A stretch of DNA of 64,000 bases, from the NCBI GenBank assembly GCA_003649205.1, contig QMRC01000003.1, positions 32,001 to 96,000 on the forward strand, in the 5' to 3' direction. Position numbers and translations under genes: made by a program. Source of the stretch: Thermoprotei archaeon (GTDB taxonomy: Archaea; Thermoproteota; Thermoprotei; Thermoproteales; B15-G16). A model generated the notes under the pieces. The model was not told the DNA's origin. It was given only the letters and a program-made list of their open reading frames with translations, and did not search any database. This document shows positions 31,413 to 41,400 of the stretch, in pieces (positions within the stretch are counted from its first letter, which is position 1; each line of letters opens with the position of its first letter).

Positions 31413-31450
31413 CTGATTGAGTGATGTAGGACTCTCGCACAGATTGATGA
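31413..31450 (+). ncRNA. Possible box C/D sRNA, register ambiguous
   Basis: CTGA, GTGATGT, guide AGGACTCTCGCA, CAGA, TTGATGA; no clean outer C or D box. Confidence 0.45.
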
Positions 31451-31453
31451 AGA

Positions 31454-31726
31454 TTACACTTTGCGTATAACTACCTCGTCTATGCTGTGGATAACCGCAC
31501 CTAAATTCTCGATAACTTTCTTTAGTTTCTCAAAGTCAAATCCTTCACCTTCAACCACTATCTTGACGGTTTCAGTGTTTACGTCAACTTCCTGTACAGA
31601 TATCCTCACGTGCTTAACCCCAGCTACCTTCAGTATGCTCTTTGCTAGGTCAACTATTGAGGGGTTATGTGGTTTTAAGACGTCGAGAACCAATTTACAG
31701 ACAACTTCTCTATCACTACTTAACAT
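31454..31726 (-). CDS. DUF211 family protein
   Basis: LVLDVLKPH.P, GAVIHSIDEV. Confidence 0.9.
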   Translation of the reverse strand: MLSSDREVVCKLVLDVLKPHNPSIVDLAKSILKVAGVKHVRISVQEVDVNTETVKIVVEGEGFDFEKLKKVIENLGAVIHSIDEVVIRKV

Positions 31727-31817
31727 GTAGTCCTCACCGAGGATTCCTAAGTTAATGTAGATTAGTACCTCTTTAAAGCTTTTTTACTTCTGAGGCTACT
31801 ACACAACAGGTGTCGAG

Positions 31818-32588
31818 ATGAGTAGTGAGGTCGTGAGTGGTGTATCTGTTGAGGTCAAGCTCTACAAAGATGTTCCTCAAGACTCACTATTCGTGCTGGG
31901 TCTACCTGATGTTGGTCTTGTTGGTGCCATAGCAGTGATGCAATTGATTAGGAATTTGAATATGGAGGAGATTGGTTATATTGACTCTGATGTGTTTCCA
32001 CCTATTGCATTAATTCGAAAGGGTGAACCTAAGAGACCAGTGAGAATCTTCTACTCGCAGACAGGTAATGTCCTCGCTCTAGCTTCTGAAGTTGCTTTAC
32101 CGGTATCTGCTCTACCGGTGTTTTCTAGGTCTATCGTTGATCTAGCTAAGAAGCTTCGTGTAAAGTCCTTGGTGCTTCTTGGTGGTGTTCCAGTGCCAAA
32201 TAGGTTAGATATTGAGAAGCCTAAGGTCTATGGTATTGGTGTGTTGAGTAGTGATAGGGAGTACCTTGAGAAAATGGGTGTTGAATTGATTGAAGAAGGG
32301 TTTGTTGCAGGTGCTTACGCACTAATAATGAAGGAATGCGTCAAGGAGGGTATTAGTTGTCTTGCTTTACTAGCTGAGTCCTACCTACAGTACCCTGATC
32401 CAGGTGCAGCTGCTTCAGTACTCGAGGTATTCTCTAAGATAACTGGTATATCGGTCGATATTGAACAGCTGAAGAGTGAGGCTGAGGAGCTAAGGCTTAA
32501 GTTGAGGGAACTAATGCAGAGAACTATGTCTGCTCTAAGAGAACAACAGAAGAGTTATGAATACACGTTACCTCTAATGTATGTCTAG
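31818..32588 (+). CDS. PAC2-family proteasome assembly chaperone
   Basis: GLPDVGLVG.IA, LGG, YPDPGAA. Confidence 0.9.
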   Translation: MSSEVVSGVSVEVKLYKDVPQDSLFVLGLPDVGLVGAIAVMQLIRNLNMEEIGYIDSDVFPPIALIRKGEPKRPVRIFYSQTGNVLALASEVALPVSALPVFSRSIVDLAKKLRVKSLVLLGGVPVPNRLDIEKPKVYGIGVLSSDREYLEKMGVELIEEGFVAGAYALIMKECVKEGISCLALLAESYLQYPDPGAAASVLEVFSKITGISVDIEQLKSEAEELRLKLRELMQRTMSALREQQKSYEYTLPLMYV

Positions 32589-32600
32589 GAGGGTTAAGCA

Positions 32601-33047
32601 ATGAGTAGTGAGTACATTGGTGATGTAATTGAGAGATTCATGAGGAGAGTTACGAGAGAGATTAGGGAGATGATTGAGAGATTTGAAGAGGAGCTAAGAG
32701 GACCTCTCTGTGATCCATCAACACAATGTCTTGAACCACTTACAGAGATCTTCGAGACTCCTGATGAAGTTGTGATAAGGTTCGATCTACCGTATGTACG
32801 TGACAAAGACAGCATCCAGGTATCTGTTAGTGAAGATACGGTTACTCTCTACGCTAGACTTGAAGGTGTTAGCATTAGAACTGGTCACATAGTTTACAGA
32901 GGTGTTAAGTTCTTTGCATATAGGAAGAGTGTTAGATTACCATGCGAAGTTGATCCAGAGAGAACAAGAGCAAGATTTAAGGATGGTGTGCTCGAGCTGA
33001 GATTACCTAAGAAGGTAAAGAAGTACTACAGCATCAGGGTGGAGTAG
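32601..33047 (+). CDS. Hsp20/alpha-crystallin small heat-shock protein
   Basis: EPL.EIFET, DLP, A.FKDGVLELRLPK. Confidence 0.92.
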   Translation: MSSEYIGDVIERFMRRVTREIREMIERFEEELRGPLCDPSTQCLEPLTEIFETPDEVVIRFDLPYVRDKDSIQVSVSEDTVTLYARLEGVSIRTGHIVYRGVKFFAYRKSVRLPCEVDPERTRARFKDGVLELRLPKKVKKYYSIRVE

Positions 33048-33051
33048 CTGA

Positions 33052-34119
33052 ATGTCGTCAGTAGCATTGAAGGGCTATGTAAATGAGTACTTACCTAAGA
33101 TACAGGAAGCCTTGAAAAAGGTACTGAACGAGGTCAAGCTAAGGTACAGAATAGTTGAGGAACTTTACAACCATGTTGAAGAGTTCATCTTTAGAGGAGG
33201 TAAGAGACTTAGACCAATATCACTAGTTGCAGCGTACTACTCTGTCGGTGGCAGTGAAGTCGATGACCTATATAGAGTAGCTACATGCGTTGAGCTACTA
33301 CACAATGCATCGCTTATACATGATGACATAATTGATCGAGATACCATCCGGAGAGGGGGCCCAACATTCCACGTTAAGTATGCTATGATTTTCAGAGATA
33401 GGTACGGAGCAAGGGACTACAACCACATGGGACTATCATTCGGTATCATTGGTGGTGACCTACTGATAGCACTCGGCATGTACGCAATAACCTCAAGTAA
33501 GTTTAGAGATGACCAAAAAGCACGAGCACTTGAGAGCTATATGAGAGCTTTCAAGTGTATTGTTGAAGGTGAGTGCCTTGACATCACCTACCCATACGTT
33601 CATGATGTAAGTGAGGAAGACTACTATAGGATGGTTGACCTGAAGACCGGCGCTCTCTTCGTAGAGTCGCTGACTATAGGTGCTATCTTGGGAGACGCAA
33701 CAGAGAGACAGATAACAGCACTTAGGAGATACGGAACATATGCAGCTAGAGCATTTCAGATTCACGACGATGTACTCGGTATCTTTGGGGAAGAAGAGGA
33801 GGTAGGTAAGCCAATAGGTAGCGATATTCGTGAAGGGAGAAAGAACCTACTGATCATTAAGGCTCTTGAGCTATTTGATGAGCGGGAAAGAGCTAAGCTA
33901 CTGAAGGCACTAGGTAATCCACAATTGACCAAGGAAGATGTTCTCGAGATTAGAGATCTCATGAAGGAGAGAGGGGTACTGGACTACGCACTAGGTAAGG
34001 AGAGGGAATATGTCGGGAAAGCTATAGAGTCACTCACACTAGCTGACCCACCACTGAGATCACGTGAAGTAGAGTTCTTTAAGGAGTTAGCAAGGTACTT
34101 CATCGAGAGAAGAAAGTAG
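33052..34119 (+). CDS. Polyprenyl (geranylgeranyl) diphosphate synthase
   Basis: GGKRLRP, LIHDDIIDRDTIRRG, KTGALF, FQIHDDVL, GKPIGSDIREG. Confidence 0.93.
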   Translation: MSSVALKGYVNEYLPKIQEALKKVLNEVKLRYRIVEELYNHVEEFIFRGGKRLRPISLVAAYYSVGGSEVDDLYRVATCVELLHNASLIHDDIIDRDTIRRGGPTFHVKYAMIFRDRYGARDYNHMGLSFGIIGGDLLIALGMYAITSSKFRDDQKARALESYMRAFKCIVEGECLDITYPYVHDVSEEDYYRMVDLKTGALFVESLTIGAILGDATERQITALRRYGTYAARAFQIHDDVLGIFGEEEEVGKPIGSDIREGRKNLLIIKALELFDERERAKLLKALGNPQLTKEDVLEIRDLMKERGVLDYALGKEREYVGKAIESLTLADPPLRSREVEFFKELARYFIERRK

Positions 34120-34201
34120 ATCTCGAGTGAGTGTGCTAACCCGGCCTTCCTGATATGTGATGATCCTTAAGAAAAGCGAAATTACACACAGTATATTCCT
34201 C

Positions 34202-34255
34202 GTGATGAGTTAGGTGGGGCAACTGAGGAGATGAGGAAATTCCCGCCTTCACTGA
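34202..34255 (+). ncRNA. Box C/D guide sRNA
   Basis: C GTGATGA, guide GTTAGGTGGGGCAA, D' CTGA, C' ATGAGGA, guide AATTCCCGCCTTCA, D CTGA. Confidence 0.88.
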
Positions 34256-34264
34256 GGTACCTAC

Positions 34265-35329
34265 ATGAGGGTGGGAGTAGTCTACAGCGATGTATACCTT
34301 AGACATAGACCACATACATCACATCCAGAGAGTCCACAGAGATTGAGGAGTGTAGTTGATGAGTTGAAGAAGAGAGGTGTACTTAGTAAGGTACGGTTGA
34401 TTGAGCCAGAGGTAGCTGATGAGAGGTTACTGGAGTTAGTTCACGATACCAAGTACATCGAACTGGTGAAAGACTTCTCTAAGAGAGGTGGTGGATTCCT
34501 AGATCCTGACACTTATGTATGTGAAGAAACCTACAGAGTAGCACTACATGCTGTAGGTGGTGTTCTCAAAGCCATAGACCTAGTACTGAGCGATGTCTTC
34601 GATGCTGTTTTCTGCTTAGTTAGACCACCAGGACACCACGTAGGTAGGTATGGTAGAGCACTTGGAGCACCTACACAGGGCTTCTGCATATTCAATAACG
34701 TAGCTATTGCTGCGAAGTACTTGGTCAATATCAAGAAGATAGATAGAATAGCTATTGTAGACTTTGATTGTCACCACGGTAACGGTACGCAGGAGGTGTT
34801 CTACTACGATAACTCAGTACTTTACATGAGTACACATCAAGACCCTAGAACAATATACCCTGGTACTGGGTACGTTGATGAAGTTGGTGCGGGTGATGGT
34901 GAAGGCTATAACATAAACATACCACTACCACCATTTTCTGGTGACGATATCTATCGAGATGTAGTTGACAACATAGTAACACCAGTACTCTCACAGTACA
35001 GACCCAGTATAGTACTCATGTCGGCAGGCTACGACGCACATAGAAGAGATCCAATAACAAACATGAATCTCTCAGTTAATTCCTTCACATACCTTGTAAC
35101 GAAAATAATTGAGGTGATGAGGCAATACACTAGACCAAAGCTAGTACTCGCTCTAGAGGGAGGTTATGGCATTGGATTGAGGTTAGGCGTTTACTCAACT
35201 CTATGTACGCTACTTGAAGAAGAGTGCACGTTAGAACCTGATACCGTTAGTGATAACTTGACGTGGTCTTACTGGCGTAGGACGAGGAGTGAGTTACTTA
35301 GGTTACTCAGTAGGTACTGGAGCATGTAG
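34265..35329 (+). CDS. Histone deacetylase-family amidohydrolase
   Basis: HPESPQR, RPPGHH, GFCIFNN, DFDCHHGNGTQ, SAGYDAH, LEGGY. Confidence 0.95.
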   Translation: MRVGVVYSDVYLRHRPHTSHPESPQRLRSVVDELKKRGVLSKVRLIEPEVADERLLELVHDTKYIELVKDFSKRGGGFLDPDTYVCEETYRVALHAVGGVLKAIDLVLSDVFDAVFCLVRPPGHHVGRYGRALGAPTQGFCIFNNVAIAAKYLVNIKKIDRIAIVDFDCHHGNGTQEVFYYDNSVLYMSTHQDPRTIYPGTGYVDEVGAGDGEGYNINIPLPPFSGDDIYRDVVDNIVTPVLSQYRPSIVLMSAGYDAHRRDPITNMNLSVNSFTYLVTKIIEVMRQYTRPKLVLALEGGYGIGLRLGVYSTLCTLLEEECTLEPDTVSDNLTWSYWRRTRSELLRLLSRYWSM

Positions 35330-35619
35330 CTTAGCTGAGTGCCTCTCCTCCTATAGATCAGCAGTTAACTGAAGGATTGTCTAATGGATATACAAAAGTA
35401 CAGAGGTGTGAAGGGGAGGAATACTGTAGTTGATAAAGCTGTTTAATTTAGCCTGTGTCCTCTGTACCTACATAACCTACATAACTTGATAGAGAAGGTT
35501 GGAGGATTGATGATTCTCATTGAGAAGTGTAATTGTCATATGAGGTAGCTTATCTGCTATCAAGTAATTTCCTGAATTTTATTACATCCCTCAGGGAAAT
35601 CATGAGGATGGGAGCCAAC

Positions 35620-35667
35620 TCAGTGGGGGTTCTCTCCTCACAAGTCGGCAGCGCCTACCCTCAGCAT
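35620..35667 (-). ncRNA. Box C/D guide sRNA
   Basis: C ATGCTGA (1 mismatch), guide GGGTAGGCGCTG, D' CCGA, C' GTGAGGA, guide GAGAACCCCCA, D CTGA; TTTAAG ~28 nt upstream. Confidence 0.72.
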
Positions 35668-35739
35668 CCTGAAAACAGAAGTCCAGTATCAAAACTTAAA
35701 CATTATACTACACTGCTTTAAGGTAAGAAAAGGTATTGG

Positions 35740-36648
35740 TTAGAGACCTTCTCTCTCCTTTATGTATTTAGCAATTACTGGAGCTACTGATACGTGAGAA
35801 TACGGTGACTCGATTGTGTCTGTACCAACGATATCCACCACACCTGCACTCTTCATCCTCTCGATAGCACCGGGTGCTAGTACGAGGTGGACTACTGCGG
35901 CAAATACTCTACGAGCACCTAACTGCTTAAGTACCTTCGCAGCTTCCGCTACTGTTCCACCAGTACTGACTATGTCATCAACTATCACAACATCTCTATC
36001 CTTGACCGATACCTCGCCCCTAACCTTGATCTGAACCTCCGTAGCACTTAACCTCTCCTTCTCGAGCACTGAGTACGTAGTCCCAAGCTCTCTACCCATG
36101 ATGCTGGCCCACTGTTCTGACTCCTCATCAGGACCGATGATTACGGGTTTCTCTAGCTTCCATACCTCCTTAACGAACTTCGCTAGTAGAGGTATCGATG
36201 TGAGGTTAGTAGCTGGGACCCTGAATACTTCAGATACGTCGTGGAACCTATGTAGGTGCATGTCAACTGTAACCACTTCGTCAACACCAACAGCCTCTAG
36301 CGCTCTAGCAATTGCTACAATGCTTATTGGTTCACCTGGCTTAAATCTAGAGTCTTGTCTAGCGTACGCTAGATACGGTATAACAGCTGTAACCTTCTTA
36401 GCGCCAAGACCTTTAGCGGCTTCGACAAGCAGCAGTAGCTCAAGTAGGTAGTCGTTTGGTTTCCTAGCTAAGCTCTGAACGACATACACAGAAGCACCGG
36501 AAAGATCTTCAGCACAAATCCTTAAATAGGTCTCACCATCCGGAAATACCTTCCTCTCAACACCCAGTACCTCAACACCGACTTCCTGAGTGATTTTCCT
36601 AGCTAAGTTCTCACTAGCAGATCCAGGGACGACAAATACCTTACCCAT
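35740..36648 (-). CDS. prs: Ribose-phosphate pyrophosphokinase
   Basis: FPDGE, PYLAYARQD, VDMH, IVDDIVSTGGT, TDTI. Confidence 0.96.
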   Translation of the reverse strand: MGKVFVVPGSASENLARKITQEVGVEVLGVERKVFPDGETYLRICAEDLSGASVYVVQSLARKPNDYLLELLLLVEAAKGLGAKKVTAVIPYLAYARQDSRFKPGEPISIVAIARALEAVGVDEVVTVDMHLHRFHDVSEVFRVPATNLTSIPLLAKFVKEVWKLEKPVIIGPDEESEQWASIMGRELGTTYSVLEKERLSATEVQIKVRGEVSVKDRDVVIVDDIVSTGGTVAEAAKVLKQLGARRVFAAVVHLVLAPGAIERMKSAGVVDIVGTDTIESPYSHVSVAPVIAKYIKEREGL

Positions 36649-36700
36649 CTCGACACCTCTTAGCAGAGAAGTGATTGAAACCGCATAAAAACTCTTACCC

Positions 36701-37816
36701 CTACCTCACCAGTATATCTGGTCTTTCAAACCTATAGCCATTAATCTCCACAGTTAGCATAGGCCACTCACTATCGTAAGTTACATTGATAAGGCCTTCG
36801 CTAGTCACAATGAACGTATCCTCTACCTTGGTACCCGTTATGGTTGGATTCCAGGACACAGCTTCATACTCACCAAAGCACCTCTCAGTACGTAGATCAA
36901 TGACTATCTCCCTAGGTAGGTACGAAATCCATCCACCCTGTGTATGTCTTTCCCACTCATCAGGATAACCTAGAGAGCTAAAGACCTCAATACCCCTTCT
37001 AAGAGCATCACAGGCCTTAGTACCTGGTCTAGTCATACTGAGGTACGTTGCATCAACCTTAGCAACCGCTTCATACCTCTTCCTGAGTTCAGCAGGTAGA
37101 GAACCAAAGTGAACAAGTCTCGTTAAGGTTACGTGAAGACCCCACTTCTCAGCAGCAATAGACACAATAACGTGCTCATTGATCTTCCGATCCTTGGGTA
37201 GCGGGTGTCTGTACTTGAAGGCTCTATCGTCAGCAGCTATGAGGATCACTGGCAACCTAATACCATATCGAGCAAACTCATGTAAGAGCTCACTAGCTAA
37301 TTCCTGCTCCGTGGTACCTCTACGAAGATCCCTCAAGACACTACTTAGCAACTTAGCTGAAGTAGCACCGAGCTCCTTCAATCTACCAACCTCATAGGTT
37401 GTCAGTACTAGACGAAGCTCTCTAAGATGAGGCTCAATACATGTGCATCCAGGAACTGGGACGTCAGTACCGATAGAACTAACACCCTTCAGATACTCGA
37501 GAGCAGCATCAAGAGGTGACTTCTCATACCACTTATGGACAACGGTCCTATAACCTAGCTGTGAAATAGGTTCCTCATCTAAAATCCTGTCAATCTCATT
37601 ATTCGTAGTGAAGAGCAGCTTCTCCTCCTTAGTAATTACGAGAGCAACAACACTCTCATCAGTACTGTGGAGAATGTGGTACTCACCACCACAAGTAAGC
37701 CAAGAGACATTTCTCCTACGTGTCAACACTATTGCATCTAGGTTTAGAGAAGTTAGGAGGTTACGAAGCTTCTCCTCCTTAACCTTAGCCTCCTCAAGTA
37801 GCTCGGGTACAGACAT
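36701..37816 (-). CDS. M24-family metallopeptidase-like protein
   Basis: Creatinase N-domain; RHP, LTR, HTQGG..Y.PRE, WNPTITGTKVEDT. Confidence 0.85.
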   Translation of the reverse strand: MSVPELLEEAKVKEEKLRNLLTSLNLDAIVLTRRRNVSWLTCGGEYHILHSTDESVVALVITKEEKLLFTTNNEIDRILDEEPISQLGYRTVVHKWYEKSPLDAALEYLKGVSSIGTDVPVPGCTCIEPHLRELRLVLTTYEVGRLKELGATSAKLLSSVLRDLRRGTTEQELASELLHEFARYGIRLPVILIAADDRAFKYRHPLPKDRKINEHVIVSIAAEKWGLHVTLTRLVHFGSLPAELRKRYEAVAKVDATYLSMTRPGTKACDALRRGIEVFSSLGYPDEWERHTQGGWISYLPREIVIDLRTERCFGEYEAVSWNPTITGTKVEDTFIVTSEGLINVTYDSEWPMLTVEINGYRFERPDILVR

Positions 37817-37900
37817 GATATCTGATACTCTTTAAGGATAATTTATCTGTTTGATACCTTAGAAAAGCACCTGGCATTACTCAACTTCGTCAAGTCAAAG

Positions 37901-38728
37901 CTAGCTAAACCAACTTCTCCACAGTGACCAATCCAGTTCAACACCAGCTTCCTTCAATCTAAAGAGTGTAGTATCGTATGGATCTACAACCTCTTCCTCA
38001 ATCAACCTCAGTAGCTTAGGATCTATGCTGTAGAGCTTCTCGAGTAGAGCTACTCTCTCCTCCTTACTCATGATCCTAGGATCTGACATTACCGCTACGT
38101 GAAATCTACCCCATGCACCTTCCTCAACGAAGTACTCTATGGTCTTGAATGGTAGCTCAAATGCTTGCGGTATAGCACCTGTCTTCCAGGTAAATGCTTC
38201 TGGTGTTCCCGCCTTCAAACTAATCCTCACGTACACCTTACTGAACTTAAGTACATCACGAACATAGTCCCTATCCAATCCCATCAATATACCGTTTGTC
38301 TCAAGTATGAATAGCTTTATGTAGTCACACCTCTCAACATACTCAAGCACCTTCAGTAGATGATCCCTACCAATCGTCGGCTCTCCACAGGATAACCTTG
38401 CTTTCCTAAATCCATACTTCCTAGCTACCTTAGCTAAGTTCTCACACACCTCCTTAGGACTGTAGTAAGTTCCATACCTCTCTGGGAAATCTCTGGATAG
38501 AGGGCTCCAACAGAAGAAGCATCTGAGGTTACAACCTACGACAGCAGCTGTAGAGATACCACGATACACTCCAGCACCATAAAAACTCGTGTACTTCCTC
38601 CATTGTTCACCATCCACGTACTTACAGACTATTTCCTCAGTCCATTTACTGACCTTGATTGGGTCATATGATTTGAATTGTCCTTTCTTGATGTATCTTG
38701 GGTACTCTGGCGGTACTTTGATACTCAT
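37901..38728 (-). CDS. Radical SAM protein
   Basis: GCNLRCFFC (CX3CX2C), GEP, ETNG, VRISLK. Confidence 0.9.
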   Translation of the reverse strand: MSIKVPPEYPRYIKKGQFKSYDPIKVSKWTEEIVCKYVDGEQWRKYTSFYGAGVYRGISTAAVVGCNLRCFFCWSPLSRDFPERYGTYYSPKEVCENLAKVARKYGFRKARLSCGEPTIGRDHLLKVLEYVERCDYIKLFILETNGILMGLDRDYVRDVLKFSKVYVRISLKAGTPEAFTWKTGAIPQAFELPFKTIEYFVEEGAWGRFHVAVMSDPRIMSKEERVALLEKLYSIDPKLLRLIEEEVVDPYDTTLFRLKEAGVELDWSLWRSWFS

Positions 38729-38816
38729 GCTTTCTCATGAGGTTTCTCGTTCTGTTATTGAAATTTCTTGTGTTTGTGAGTTAGCTTATTAAGGCCCGTT
38801 GGTTGTGGGTGTTTGT

Positions 38817-38865
38817 GTGATGAGGGATTGGGGTTCTGATGTGTGAGGAGATGTAGCCTAGCTGA
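38817..38865 (+). ncRNA. Box C/D guide sRNA in the leader of the GNAT gene
   Basis: C GTGATGA, guide GGGATTGGGGTT, D' CTGA, C' GTGAGGA, guide GATGTAGCCTAG, D CTGA; TATA TTATTAA at 38786-38792. Confidence 0.9.
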
Positions 38866-38882
38866 TTCAGTGGTGATTTATC

Positions 38883-39701
38883 ATGCACTTTCTCATTCGT
38901 GAGGCTTCTGTTGGTGATGTGTCTGACATAGCTAGTATCAATAATGAGGGGTTTCCGTATCTGGAGGAGGTTCCTCCTGAGTTCTTTAGGTGGTTAATAC
39001 TTCACGGTATAGGTAGGTTCTTGGTGTGTGAGGTTGATGGTGAGGTTGTTGGTTTTGCTCACTTCGATGCTATTGGCGATTGTGGTGTTATCTATAGGAT
39101 TGGTGTTCGTGAAGACTTTAGGGGACGGGGTATTGGTTCTGCTCTACTTCATGAGGTTGAGAAAGTGCTTAGGGGTCTAGGCGTTAGTAAGGTCGTTGCT
39201 TATGTTGCTAAGAGGAGGGGGTCTGCTCTTAGTTGGTTTCTTAGTCGTGGCTACCACATTGATCATAGGTTGGGTTCCGTCACATATACTTGGTGGGTTG
39301 CTGGTGAGTTAAGTCCTTTAAAAGAGGTGTGTGAGGTTACTGGTCGAGATCTAGGTGATGTATTGAGTGTAGGTGGTTGGAGGAAGCTATTCTGGTGGTA
39401 TCCTGACTTGGGGAAGTACCTCAAGTACTTGAGTACAGCACCTGGTCGTGTGTATGTTGATAAGGAGTCTACGTGTCTAGTTCACGTGATTTCTTATGGT
39501 TGGGTCTCCTACGTTGAGTATGTGGTGCATCGTGGTGTTGATAGGAGGAGAATAGTTGATGTAGTTTGCTCGGCAACAGAGTTAGCTGCGAGAGCTGACG
39601 ATGTACCGTACTGTGAGGTACCGCTTGAGCCAGAGGGTTTACTAGGTTCTGTATACCATGGTACTTGGGTTGAGGTACCTGTCATGAAGTACATTAGCTA
39701 G
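38883..39701 (+). CDS. GNAT-family N-acetyltransferase
   Basis: V.EDFRGRGIGSALL acetyl-CoA motif A plus a C-terminal second domain. Confidence 0.85.
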   Translation: MHFLIREASVGDVSDIASINNEGFPYLEEVPPEFFRWLILHGIGRFLVCEVDGEVVGFAHFDAIGDCGVIYRIGVREDFRGRGIGSALLHEVEKVLRGLGVSKVVAYVAKRRGSALSWFLSRGYHIDHRLGSVTYTWWVAGELSPLKEVCEVTGRDLGDVLSVGGWRKLFWWYPDLGKYLKYLSTAPGRVYVDKESTCLVHVISYGWVSYVEYVVHRGVDRRRIVDVVCSATELAARADDVPYCEVPLEPEGLLGSVYHGTWVEVPVMKYIS

Positions 39702-40267
39702 TACTTCCTATCAAAGAATGGGTTCTTACCTTTACAGGTTAGTGGAATACCAACAACAATATCAGCATCTATCAGCCCTAACTTCCTAGCTGCTACGCCT
39801 ACTGAGAACATGATTCTATTATCGATGTTCATCTCGGAAGCTACCTTCACCATAGACCCAATGGCAATACCTAGGTTCAGTAGCTGAAGAGCACAGATAG
39901 GACCTCTGTATGCAGGTCCCTCAACACTACAGGACCTCTCCCTAAGTTCCCTACATGTCAAACCACATGCACCACAATTGACCTCAACAACTCTAGGACT
40001 CTTCAAGCCAACTAAGACAATAGCCTTTGCCTCTCTGATACTCCTAGCATCTCTAATGAAGAAACTCCACTCCGGTACTTCCTTACCAAGCTTCTCCATG
40101 AAATTCGCTAATCTCTCAATCTCCTCACCTGTAATGACCTTGGTGACTATGTCATCTATTCCACGTGTCTTAGGTGCTGTCCTAGCTGCTGCGCACATGA
40201 GCTTAGCCGTGATCAGGATCGCATCGTATTCAGCATCAATACCCTCAATTACGGTCATGACCACCAC
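39698..40267 (-). CDS. DUF2148 ferredoxin-domain protein
   Basis: AARTAPK.RG.D, NCGACG..C, LGIAIGS, DNRIM, KNPFFDR. Confidence 0.85.
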   Translation of the reverse strand: MVVMTVIEGIDAEYDAILITAKLMCAAARTAPKTRGIDDIVTKVITGEEIERLANFMEKLGKEVPEWSFFIRDARSIREAKAIVLVGLKSPRVVEVNCGACGLTCRELRERSCSVEGPAYRGPICALQLLNLGIAIGSMVKVASEMNIDNRIMFSVGVAARKLGLIDADIVVGIPLTCKGKNPFFDRKY

Positions 40268-40270
40268 CCA

Positions 40271-40696
40271 TCACCTAGGTGTCTCAAACTCCATTCTCTT
40301 AGATAGCTCCTCAGTACGCGCTTTAAACTTCTCTAGGTCAACTATGTATCTCTCGTGAGTACCCTCGCCAATAACTACATCACCTGAGTAAGCTCTCACC
40401 TTAAAAAGCAACCTCCTACCACTAACCTCAACTAACTCAGCCTCAACAGTGACCTTGGTACCTACTTTCGCCGGTGCCTTGTGAACTACATCAACACGAG
40501 TACCAACAGTTACTTGGCCAGGTGAGAGATAATTGTCGACAAGTAGCTTAGCACACTCCTCCATCCACGCAATCATCATGGGAGTAGCTAGAACTGGTAC
40601 ACCACCACTACCAAGAAACTCAGCAATGTGATCAGGACCAACAACCTTAGTTATCACATTCTTGAGACCAGGCTTCAGCTCAGTACTAGAGCACAT
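40271..40696 (-). CDS. Hotdog thioesterase (FlK-like)
   Basis: GSG...VLATPMMIAWME, TVGT.V...H.AP, G.G.HER. Confidence 0.9.
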   Translation of the reverse strand: MCSSTELKPGLKNVITKVVGPDHIAEFLGSGGVPVLATPMMIAWMEECAKLLVDNYLSPGQVTVGTRVDVVHKAPAKVGTKVTVEAELVEVSGRRLLFKVRAYSGDVVIGEGTHERYIVDLEKFKARTEELSKRMEFETPR

Positions 40697-40790
40697 AACT
40701 AGCACCCAACCTAGAGGTAGTAGGGTAGAGACATTATAACGATTCCCCTAACCATAAGTGCAAAGGCAATCCCCTAGGTACTGACCATAG

Positions 40791-41345
40791 CTATGTAGAG
40801 AACTCGTGAACAAAATCACGAATTAATCTAGAGTACCTCGTTAATCTATGGTCCATGGTGGTCCCCCTATCGATTATGTGTACGACTCTGTAACCTAGTA
40901 ACGTAAGTAAATCTGAGAGTAACTTCCTGTGACACCTATAGGGTATCTTCTCAGAGCACATGATAGCAGTACGATAACTACCAATAACTTCAAGTAACTT
41001 CTGGAAGTAAACTCGAAAGACCTCTGTTCTCATGTGATAGACATAGGCTAAGAAGCCTCTACTCAACTCATCTCTAACATGAAGCTCAGTACCCCGAGGT
41101 AGCTTCCTGTAACCACCAAGACCTTCACCTAACCACAGGTACTCAATACCCCTCCTCCTAAGCTCTATCTCGAGAACCTCCTTGCTGAAATGTGGGTACT
41201 TACGTGATGTAGGAAATCTGCGGACATCAACTAGGTACTCAATTCTGTAGAAGATCAGAGTACTAATGAACGACTCTAGACTACGATTTGAGTGCCCAAT
41301 AGTGTACACCTCCCTACATCGATCCTTAGTCACTACCTCCATCAC
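40791..41345 (-). CDS. DUF488 family protein
   Basis: YTIGHSNR, DVRRFP.S, LGG.R, MCSE..PYRCHR. Confidence 0.9.
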   Translation of the reverse strand: MMEVVTKDRCREVYTIGHSNRSLESFISTLIFYRIEYLVDVRRFPTSRKYPHFSKEVLEIELRRRGIEYLWLGEGLGGYRKLPRGTELHVRDELSRGFLAYVYHMRTEVFRVYFQKLLEVIGSYRTAIMCSEKIPYRCHRKLLSDLLTLLGYRVVHIIDRGTTMDHRLTRYSRLIRDFVHEFST

Positions 41346-41400
41346 CTAGAGGTAAAAGTTAATTACAGCGTCTTTATCTATGCTGTGGTAAGGTGATTAC

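Noticed and set aside
35533-35721. 62-aa ORF
   Set aside because: TTG start without SD, antisense to a C/D sRNA and its promoter.
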